Part shown: piece by piece, positions 54,337-62,834 of the stretch
Position numbering within the stretch: position 1 is the stretch's first letter
How the letters are laid out: the number at the start of each line of letters is the position of its first letter
Assembly (NCBI GenBank): GCA_946554525.1
Contig: CAMNSE010000004.1
Location: 8,177 to 72,176 of the forward strand
Source of the DNA: an uncultured Mycoplasma sp.
Lineage (GTDB): Bacteria > Bacillota_I > Bacilli_A > RF39 > UBA660
Reading direction: 5' to 3'
Length of the DNA: 64,000 nt
Position numbers and translations under genes: made by a program
Notes under the pieces: model-generated
What the model saw: the letters and a program-made list of their open reading frames with translations, nothing else
Told to the model about the DNA's origin: nothing
Databases searched by the model: none

Positions 54337-57231
54337 ATGTATGTACCATTAAAAATTATGACTGAATATTCATTACTTAAGAGTACTATTAAGATTGATA
54401 CATTGGTAAGTTTTTTACAAAAACATAATATCACTAGCTGTGCTATTTGTGATACAAATTTATATGGTGTAATGGAGTTTTATACAAAGCTAACAGCCAA
54501 TAATATAAAGCCTATTATTGGTTTAGAAGTAATAATAGATGGTTGTCCACTCTATTTATATGCCCAGAATAATTTAGGATATCGTAATTTACTTAAAATA
54601 AATACATATATGGAAATGAAAACAATTTCACATGCAGAAATAAAAAAATATTTAGAGCATATTAAGATTGTTTTACCATATATATCATATTCATTATTAG
54701 ATATATATCCTAGTGCTTATTTGGGATACAAAAATGATACTGAGAAAATAGAAGCTAATTTAAAATCTAATAAAAATGTATATATAAGAGAAGTTAGATG
54801 TTTAGATAAAGATGATACAAAATATTTAAGAGTACTAGAAGCAATAGACAAAGGTGTAAATTTAGATGAAATAATTTCTAATTATGATTGTAATTATTTT
54901 GCCATAAATATTTCAGAAGAAGATAAATTAAGTACTATAGAATTTACTCGTGATATAAATGTTACTATATCAAAAAGTGAAAATCATATTCCAATATATA
55001 ATAGTGGAGTGAATTCTTTTGAATACTTAAAAAAACTAGCCTATAGAGGATTAGAAAAAAGATTAGATGGTAAGATTATTAAAGAATATCAAGAAAGATT
55101 AGATTATGAGTTAAGCGTAATTAAAAAAATGGGGTTTGTAGACTATTTTTTGATTGTTTATGATTATGTGTTTTATGCTAAAAAAAATAATATTTTAGTA
55201 GGTCCAGGAAGAGGAAGTGCAGCGGGATCTTTAGTAAGTTATTGTATTGGAATAACTGATGTTGATCCAATACAATATCATTTACTATTTGAAAGGTTTT
55301 TAAACCCTGAAAGAATTACGATGCCTGATATTGATATAGACTTTGAATACACTAAAAGAGGTCAAATTATTGATTATGTAAGAAATAAATATGGTCAAAT
55401 GAATGTTGCTCCAATTATGACTTTTGGTACGCTTAGTGCTAAGCAAGTAATTCGGGATGTTGCGCGAGTTTTAGATATTGATATCTCTTTAGTTGACCGA
55501 TTGTCTAGTGTCCTTGATGCTAAATTAAATTTAAAAGAGAATATGAAAAGTCCAAATGTCATGAAAATGATTAATGAAAATCCTATTTTAAAAGATGCTA
55601 TAAGTACATCTTTAAAATTAGAAGGATTAAAAAGACATATTTCAACTCATGCAGCTGGTGTAGTTATCTCAAGCATTCCTCTTGATGATGTAATTCCTGT
55701 ATGTTTTAATAGTGATATTTTAATGACTGGGGTTACTATGGAGTATTTAGAGAGTTTAGGGCTTCTTAAAATGGATTTTTTAGCTCTTCGAAACTTAACA
55801 ATAATAAGTAATGTTCTTGATTTAGTAAATAGTGCTACTGGTAAAAAAATAGAACTATCTAAAATTTCATTAAATGATTCTGAAATATTTAACTTATTTG
55901 CAAGTGGAGATACCGAAGGAATTTTTCAATATGAAAGCAGTGGAATGCGCAATTTGATGCTTAAATTAAAGCCATCTAGTTTTTCTGATTTAATTGCTGC
56001 AGTCGCATTATTTAGACCAGGACCTATACATAATATTGACATGTTTATTAGAAGAAAATATAAAAAAGAGAAAATTGATTATTTGCATCCTGATTTAGAA
56101 CCTATTTTAAAAGAAACTTATGGAGTAATTGTATACCAAGAACAAGTCATGCAAATATTAGTTAAAATTGGTGGATATACTTATGCCCAAGCTGATAACA
56201 TAAGAAGAGCTATGTCTAAGAAAAAAGAAAGCATTATGTTAGAAGACAAGAACCATTTTATTATAGAAGCTAAAAAACGAGGATATCATGAAAATATTGC
56301 TAAAGAAATATATGATTTGATTTTAAAATTTGCTAATTATGGATTTAATAAAGCTCATTCTGTTTCATATGCCTTAATTGGTTATAGGATGGCCTATTTA
56401 AAAGTTCATGCTCCTATGTATTTCATTGCCAATTTACTTAACATGAGTATTGGTAGTGAAATTAAAACTAAAGAATACATTGATGAAGCTAGAAAAAAGG
56501 AAATTATAATTTTAAAACCGGATATTAATATAAGTGATGCTACTTATAGAATAAAAGATAATACTTTAATGTTACCGCTTAGTAGTATTAAAAATTTAGG
56601 ATCTCAAGCAAGTAGCTCAATTTTAGAAGAAAGAGAAAAAAATGGAGTATATTCTAGTTATTTAGATTTTGTATCTCGTGTTTATGGAAAAAGTGTAAAT
56701 AAAAAGACTATTAGTTCTTTAATTGAAGCTGGAGTTTTAGATTCTTTTAATCTAAGTAAAAAGACAATGATAGAAAATTTAGATATTGCTATTAATTATG
56801 CGGAGCTAATTAGCAATTTAGACAAAAATTTTGTAATGGAGCCAAACATTCAAGAATACCCAGAATATGAAGAAGATACGTTAAGAGGATTTGAAATGTC
56901 TTCTTATGGATTCTATGTTAATAGTCATCCAGTTAGTAAATATCAAGATAAAACTATTGTTAAAAATGAAAATATTAAAAATTATTTTAATAAGCGAATT
57001 AAAAGTGTAGTTTTAGTTGAAAAGATAAAATCTTTAAAAACAAAAAAAGGAGATTCTATGGCATTTCTAACCGGTTCTGATGAAACTGGGAATGTAGAAT
57101 TTGTTATTTTTCCAAGTTGCTATAATAGCCTTGCAAATATCAAAAAGAATGATATAATAACAATAAATGGTAAAGTAACTAAACGATTTGATAGTTATCA
57201 AGTTAGTGTAGATTTTTTAAATAAAATATAG
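54337..57231 (+). CDS. dnaE: DNA polymerase III alpha subunit, DnaE type
   Basis: Has GPGRGSAAGSLVSYCIGITDVDP, PDIDIDF, GLLKMDFLALRNLT, YGFNKAHS and a C-terminal OB fold. The N-terminal PHP motif is degenerate (see findings). Confidence 0.93.
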   Translation: MYVPLKIMTEYSLLKSTIKIDTLVSFLQKHNITSCAICDTNLYGVMEFYTKLTANNIKPIIGLEVIIDGCPLYLYAQNNLGYRNLLKINTYMEMKTISHAEIKKYLEHIKIVLPYISYSLLDIYPSAYLGYKNDTEKIEANLKSNKNVYIREVRCLDKDDTKYLRVLEAIDKGVNLDEIISNYDCNYFAINISEEDKLSTIEFTRDINVTISKSENHIPIYNSGVNSFEYLKKLAYRGLEKRLDGKIIKEYQERLDYELSVIKKMGFVDYFLIVYDYVFYAKKNNILVGPGRGSAAGSLVSYCIGITDVDPIQYHLLFERFLNPERITMPDIDIDFEYTKRGQIIDYVRNKYGQMNVAPIMTFGTLSAKQVIRDVARVLDIDISLVDRLSSVLDAKLNLKENMKSPNVMKMINENPILKDAISTSLKLEGLKRHISTHAAGVVISSIPLDDVIPVCFNSDILMTGVTMEYLESLGLLKMDFLALRNLTIISNVLDLVNSATGKKIELSKISLNDSEIFNLFASGDTEGIFQYESSGMRNLMLKLKPSSFSDLIAAVALFRPGPIHNIDMFIRRKYKKEKIDYLHPDLEPILKETYGVIVYQEQVMQILVKIGGYTYAQADNIRRAMSKKKESIMLEDKNHFIIEAKKRGYHENIAKEIYDLILKFANYGFNKAHSVSYALIGYRMAYLKVHAPMYFIANLLNMSIGSEIKTKEYIDEARKKEIIILKPDINISDATYRIKDNTLMLPLSSIKNLGSQASSSILEEREKNGVYSSYLDFVSRVYGKSVNKKTISSLIEAGVLDSFNLSKKTMIENLDIAINYAELISNLDKNFVMEPNIQEYPEYEEDTLRGFEMSSYGFYVNSHPVSKYQDKTIVKNENIKNYFNKRIKSVVLVEKIKSLKTKKGDSMAFLTGSDETGNVEFVIFPSCYNSLANIKKNDIITINGKVTKRFDSYQVSVDFLNKI

Positions 57232-57245
57232 AAGGAAGTGACATC

Positions 57246-60200
57246 ATGCATGATATAAATTCATTTTTAGAAAGTATTGGAGTAACTGATGAGACTCATG
57301 CATTTAAGGATATCTTAATAGATAAAGTGAAATTAAATAAAAAGACCCAAAACTTTTCTGTTTATTTAGTTAGTAAGAATGTTTTACCTATTAAAGATGC
57401 TAATATTTTGCTTAATAAAAAGTATAAAATTCATGATAACTATCCTTGTGAAATCTATTTGAACTATGAAAATATAAAAGATGATGATGTAAAAATTTAT
57501 GTAAGAGAAATTATGAATGAGCTGGTTTTAGATAAGCCATCATTAGTTAGTTTACTTGATAATGAAGCAATTATTGATGATGATATTATAATTTTTGAAG
57601 TAATTAGTGAAACGGAAGAAGAGATTATTAAAAAAGAACAAGCTAATATTTTATCTTCTTTAGAAAAATATGGTTTTCATGGATATTTTATAACAACTAG
57701 AATGAATGAAGAAAAAAGAAAAGAAGTTGTAAGTGAATTAGAAAGTGCTCAAGCTCCTGTAGAGTATAAAGAGCAAATTCAAGAATTTATTCCTGGAAGT
57801 GTTATTAAAGGAAAAGCTATAACTAAAGAAGCTTCTCCTATTGGAAGTATTACTTCTGTTAGTAAATCAGTAACAATTGAAGGATATATTGAATCTATTT
57901 CTTATTTAGAAAGAGATAATATTAATATTATTACACTATCTATTAATGATAACGATAAAAGCATTATGGCTAAAATTTTTGAAAAAGAAAAAGAAAAATA
58001 TTTACTAATTAAGAATGCTCTAAAAGTTGATTCATGGTATCGCTTAAATGGAAGTGTTGATTTAGATTCCTATTCTAAATGTCTTGCATTATCTGTTAGG
58101 AATTTAGAAGATATTGAAGATAGGGAAATAATTATTAGTACGAGTGAAGACCCTAATATTGTATTAGGAGAACATGTGGATGGAGAAGTTTGTAGAATTG
58201 ATAATATTGTAGGAGCTAAGGAAAATGTTATTATTGAAGCTTTTGTTTTTGGAATGGATTTATTAGAAAAGGATACTATTAATATTATGACTTTGAAGGT
58301 TAGTGATAAAACAAGTAGTATACTTGCAAAAGTTTTCAAAAAAAACAAAAGAGAATTTGAGGCAATAAAAAAAGGTTTAAAAAGCGCTGTAAAGAAAAAA
58401 GAATGGTATCGCTTTCATGGTAATATTGAATTTGATAATTATTCTCATGAATTAGTATTTCAAATAAGAAATTTAGAACATATTCCTAGTAAAGATGAAA
58501 AAGTGGTAGATGATGCACTAGTTAAAAGAGTGGAACTTCATGCTCATACTATGATGAGTATGATGGATGGTTTAATTCCTAATGATGAAAAAGATCCACG
58601 TAACCTATGTCAATTTGCTTATGATTTCGGACATAAAGCTATAGCTGTTACAGATCACAATGTTCTTCAGGCTTATCCAAATATGTTTCATGCCGTAAAT
58701 AGTTTAAATAAAGGCAAAAATCCGGAAGAACATTTTAAAATGATTTACGGAACAGAACTTAATGTGGTAAATGATGATATTGATTTTATTCACAATTTAA
58801 GAGAATATGAGCTTTTAAATGGCGAGTATATTGTATTTGATACAGAAACAACTGGTCTTTATCTTGGAAGTGACCAAATGATTGAAATTGGTGCTGTAAA
58901 AATTAAAGATAAACAAGTAATTGATCGTTTTGATGAATTTATTGATCCTCATCGTCCACTTCCAGAAAAAATAAAAACTTTGACCTGTATTACAGATGAA
59001 ATGCTTGCTGGCCATGATGATGAGAAAAGTGTTACTAAACGTTTCTTAGATTGGGTAGGAGATCTACCTATGGTTGCGCATAATGCGAAGTTTGATATTG
59101 GATTTATTAATGCAGCTTGTGAAAAATATAATTTAGGAGAGTTTAATAATACAGTGTTAGATACAATGAGTATGGCAAGATTTTTACATCCAGAATGGCC
59201 TAATCATAAACTAACAACACTTGCTAGGCGTTATAAAATTGAATGGGATGAAGAAGCACACCATAGAGCAGATTATGATGCAGAAGGGACAGCTTATGCA
59301 TTTATTAAAATGTGTGAAGAATTGGATAGTCAAAACATTGAAACAACTACAAAACTAGTAAATTCTGTAGATATTAATGAACTTGTTAAGTTCTCATTTC
59401 CTTTTCATTTATGTTGTTTAGTAAAAAATAAAACAGGACTTAAGAATTTATTTAAAATTATTTCTTATGCAAATACGACTTATTTATTTAAAAACAGTGA
59501 GCCAAAGCTTCCTAGAGGAGAACTAAAGAAATATCGTGAAGGGCTTCTTATAGGCTCTGGGTGTGTAAATGGTGAAATATTTGAAGAAGCAAAAACGAAA
59601 GATGATGAAGAACTTGCTAATTTAATGAACTTTTATGATTATATAGAAGTTCAGCCACTTAGTGCAATTAAACATTTATTACAACTAGAATCTAGTGGGT
59701 TTAAAACAATGAATGAACTAGAAGAACATATAAAGAAGATTATTCGTGTTGCGCGTGATGCAGGTAAAATTGTAGTAGCTACAAGTGATGCTCATTATTT
59801 AAGACCAGAAGATAAAATCTATCGTGATATAATAATTGGTCAAAAATCCAATGGAAAATTGCATCCTTTAAATAAAAGAGGTGTAGATCAACCAGATATG
59901 CATATTCGTACAACTAAGGAAATGTTAGATGAATTTGCATTCTTAGGCAGTGATCTTGCTTATGAAATTGTTGTAACTAATTCTAATAAAATTGCTGATA
60001 TGATTGAAGAAGTCGAAGTAATTATTCAAACAGGAGGAGTTCCTTTTTCACCTAAAATTGATAAGTCAGTTGAAACAGTAACTAATCTTGTATATACAAA
60101 AGCTAAAGATTGGTATGGGGATCCACTTCCATTTAATATTGAAGAGAGAATTTCAAAAGAATTATATGGAGATGCGGTATTAGAAAGTATTCGTACTAAA

Positions 60201-62279
60201 CTATCTCGCGAAGAAAAGCTAGAAGGCGATACTCTTAATAAAAAATCTTTTGCAATTCTTCATGAAACAATATTAAATGGATTTGATGCTGTAAAAGAAA
60301 TTATTAAAGAAGAACTTGAAATTAAACTTAAAGAAGATCATGAGAATAGTATTAAAGAAATAGAAAATAAACTAAAAGAAGCTTCTTTAGAAGAAAAGAA
60401 AGAATTAGAAGAAAATCTAAAAGTATTAAAAGATACAGATCCTCTTAGTGATATTGAAAAAAAGATTAAGAAATCTTTAGGTGGTATTATTGGAGGAGGA
60501 TTTGATGTAATTTATTTAATTGCACAAAAATTAGTTAAGAAAAGTAATGATGATGGCTTTCTAGTAGGATCCCGTGGTTCTGTTGGATCAAGTTTTGTTG
60601 CAACTATGATGGGTATTACTGAGGTTAATTCACTCCCTCCACATTATCGTTGCAAAAAATGTAAATGTAGTATTTTTGAAGATGAAAATGGTAATGCTTT
60701 AGGAGCAACTTATAAAAGTGGATTTGATCTTCCAGATAAGATGTGTCCAAATTGTAATATTGCTATGGTAAAAGATGGACAAGATATGCCATTTGCAACC
60801 TTCCTTGGATTTAATGCAGATAAAGTACCAGATATAGACCTTAATTTCTCAGATTTAAATCAAGCTGCAGCACATGATTATACGAAAGTATTATTTGGTA
60901 TAGATAATGTATATAGAGCGGGAACTATCGGTACAGTAGCTGAAAAAACTGCTTTTGGTTTTGTAAGAGGTTATGCAGAACAAAAGGGTATAATTATGAG
61001 TAATGCTGAGGTAGAGAGGCTTGCTATGGGATGTACAGGAGTTAAACGTACAACAGGTCAGCATCCAGGGGGAATAGTTGTTATTCCAGGATATATGGAT
61101 GTATTTGATTTTACACCTTTCCAATATCCAGCAGAAGATATTGATGCTGCATGGAGAACAACGCATTTTGATTATCATGCAATTGATGAAGATGTCTTAA
61201 AGCTAGATATTCTAGGACATACAGATCCTACACAGCTAAGAATGATTCAAGATATATCCGGAATAGATGTTACAACCGTTCCGTTAGATGATAAAGATAC
61301 AATGGGCATATTTTTATCACCAGAACCTCTTGGGGTTACAAAAGACCAAATTATGAACGAAACTGGTACTCTTGGAGTTCCTGAGTTTGGAACACCATTT
61401 ACCATTGGAATGCTAACCGATACTAAGCCTAAAACATTTGCCGAATTAATTAAAATATCAGGTCTTTCTCATGGTACTGATGTTTGGCTTGGAAATGCTC
61501 AAGAATTAATTAAGAATAATGTAGTTCCATTTAGTGATGTTATTGGTTGTCGTGATGATATCATGGTTTACTTAATGTATAAAGGCCTAAAACCAATTAA
61601 GGCATTTAAAATTATGGAATTTGTTCGTAAAGGAAAAGCATCAAAAGAGCCTGAAGCTTGGGCAGAACATAAAAAAACAATGGAAGAAGCAGGAATAGAG
61701 TCGTGGTTTATAGAGTCATGTGGTAAAATTAAGTACATGTTTCCTAAAGCCCATGCTGCAGCTTATGTAATGAGTGCATTTAGAATTGCTTATTTTAAAG
61801 TCCATTATCCAGAGATTTATTATGCAACATATTTTTCAACAAGATTTGATGATTTCGATTTAGAAACGATGGTAAAGGGATATGACGCTATTCGATCTCG
61901 TATGAATGAAATTATTGAAAAAGGCTATGATGCTACTAATAAAGAAGCGAGTGTACTTGAAACACTAAAACTTGCTTTAGAAGCTACAGCTAGAGGATAT
62001 AAGTTTGGTAATATTGATATTGAGAAGAGTGATAGTAAAAACTTTATTATTGCAGATGATAAAAAAACGCTTATCTGTCCATTTAGAACACTTGATGGAC
62101 TAGGAGATAGTGTTGCTACTAAAATTATTGAAGAGCGAAATATAAAACCATTTTATAGTATAGAAGACTTCCAAAATAGAGGAAGAGTAAATGCTACAAC
62201 AGTAGATAAATTAAGAGCACTTGGAGTATTTGGGGATTTACCAGAAACTAGTCAGTTAAGTTTATTTGACTTTGTTTAG
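57246..62279 (+). CDS. polC: DNA polymerase III PolC type (1677 aa, expanded)
   Basis: PHP VELHAHTMMSMMDG, exonuclease YIVFDTETTGL...HNAKFDIGF...HRADYDA, and SRGSVGSSFVATMMGITEVNSLPPHY with CxxC...CxxC. Also PDIDLNF and the KAHAAAYV finger region. Confidence 0.97.
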   Translation: MHDINSFLESIGVTDETHAFKDILIDKVKLNKKTQNFSVYLVSKNVLPIKDANILLNKKYKIHDNYPCEIYLNYENIKDDDVKIYVREIMNELVLDKPSLVSLLDNEAIIDDDIIIFEVISETEEEIIKKEQANILSSLEKYGFHGYFITTRMNEEKRKEVVSELESAQAPVEYKEQIQEFIPGSVIKGKAITKEASPIGSITSVSKSVTIEGYIESISYLERDNINIITLSINDNDKSIMAKIFEKEKEKYLLIKNALKVDSWYRLNGSVDLDSYSKCLALSVRNLEDIEDREIIISTSEDPNIVLGEHVDGEVCRIDNIVGAKENVIIEAFVFGMDLLEKDTINIMTLKVSDKTSSILAKVFKKNKREFEAIKKGLKSAVKKKEWYRFHGNIEFDNYSHELVFQIRNLEHIPSKDEKVVDDALVKRVELHAHTMMSMMDGLIPNDEKDPRNLCQFAYDFGHKAIAVTDHNVLQAYPNMFHAVNSLNKGKNPEEHFKMIYGTELNVVNDDIDFIHNLREYELLNGEYIVFDTETTGLYLGSDQMIEIGAVKIKDKQVIDRFDEFIDPHRPLPEKIKTLTCITDEMLAGHDDEKSVTKRFLDWVGDLPMVAHNAKFDIGFINAACEKYNLGEFNNTVLDTMSMARFLHPEWPNHKLTTLARRYKIEWDEEAHHRADYDAEGTAYAFIKMCEELDSQNIETTTKLVNSVDINELVKFSFPFHLCCLVKNKTGLKNLFKIISYANTTYLFKNSEPKLPRGELKKYREGLLIGSGCVNGEIFEEAKTKDDEELANLMNFYDYIEVQPLSAIKHLLQLESSGFKTMNELEEHIKKIIRVARDAGKIVVATSDAHYLRPEDKIYRDIIIGQKSNGKLHPLNKRGVDQPDMHIRTTKEMLDEFAFLGSDLAYEIVVTNSNKIADMIEEVEVIIQTGGVPFSPKIDKSVETVTNLVYTKAKDWYGDPLPFNIEERISKELYGDAVLESIRTKLSREEKLEGDTLNKKSFAILHETILNGFDAVKEIIKEELEIKLKEDHENSIKEIENKLKEASLEEKKELEENLKVLKDTDPLSDIEKKIKKSLGGIIGGGFDVIYLIAQKLVKKSNDDGFLVGSRGSVGSSFVATMMGITEVNSLPPHYRCKKCKCSIFEDENGNALGATYKSGFDLPDKMCPNCNIAMVKDGQDMPFATFLGFNADKVPDIDLNFSDLNQAAAHDYTKVLFGIDNVYRAGTIGTVAEKTAFGFVRGYAEQKGIIMSNAEVERLAMGCTGVKRTTGQHPGGIVVIPGYMDVFDFTPFQYPAEDIDAAWRTTHFDYHAIDEDVLKLDILGHTDPTQLRMIQDISGIDVTTVPLDDKDTMGIFLSPEPLGVTKDQIMNETGTLGVPEFGTPFTIGMLTDTKPKTFAELIKISGLSHGTDVWLGNAQELIKNNVVPFSDVIGCRDDIMVYLMYKGLKPIKAFKIMEFVRKGKASKEPEAWAEHKKTMEEAGIESWFIESCGKIKYMFPKAHAAAYVMSAFRIAYFKVHYPEIYYATYFSTRFDDFDLETMVKGYDAIRSRMNEIIEKGYDATNKEASVLETLKLALEATARGYKFGNIDIEKSDSKNFIIADDKKTLICPFRTLDGLGDSVATKIIEERNIKPFYSIEDFQNRGRVNATTVDKLRALGVFGDLPETSQLSLFDFV

Positions 62280-62284
62280 GATAA

Positions 62285-62755
62285 ATGATGGAAATAGAAA
62301 GAAAGTTTAAAGTAAATTATCTACCAGATTTATCTAATTATCCATTTTATGAGATAACTCAAATGTATTTAAGCTATGATTTAGATATTCGAATTCGTAA
62401 GAAAGGCAACAAATATTTTATAACAAAGAAAAGTAATGATACTATAAAAAGATATGAAGAAGAAGTAGAAATAGACTATCAAACATTTGATATTTTAAGT
62501 ACTTTAAGCGTAGGTAATATAATATCTAAAACAAGATACTTAATTCCTATAGATAATAGCTTAACTGCTGAAGTAGATATCTACCATGGTGTTTTGGAAG
62601 GACTAGTAACAGTAGAAGTGGAATTTTCTTCTTTAGAAGAAGCAAATAGTTTTATAGCTCCTTTATGGTTTGGCGAAGAAATAACTGAAAATATGCAATA
62701 TAAAAATAAAGAGTTAGCTAAATTAAATAATTTAACTCAAATAAGAAAGCTTTAA
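62285..62755 (+). CDS. CYTH-domain protein (triphosphate tunnel metalloenzyme family)
   Basis: The N-terminal EIERKF signature and a size of about 155 aa. Confidence 0.7.
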   Translation: MMEIERKFKVNYLPDLSNYPFYEITQMYLSYDLDIRIRKKGNKYFITKKSNDTIKRYEEEVEIDYQTFDILSTLSVGNIISKTRYLIPIDNSLTAEVDIYHGVLEGLVTVEVEFSSLEEANSFIAPLWFGEEITENMQYKNKELAKLNNLTQIRKL

Positions 62756-62781
62756 AGAGCTTTTTTATTTTGCAAAAAATA

Positions 62782-62809
62782 TTGACTCCGGGGGGGGGTA
62801 TGCTATTAT
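62782..62809 (+). promoter_or_regulatory. poly-G promoter cassette, copy 3 (G9, 16-nt spacer)
   Basis: TTGACT (62782-62787), CC, G9 (62790-62798), TATGC, TATTAT (62804-62809). Confidence 0.65.
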
Positions 62810-62834
62810 AAATATAAGAATAGAGAGTGATAGT

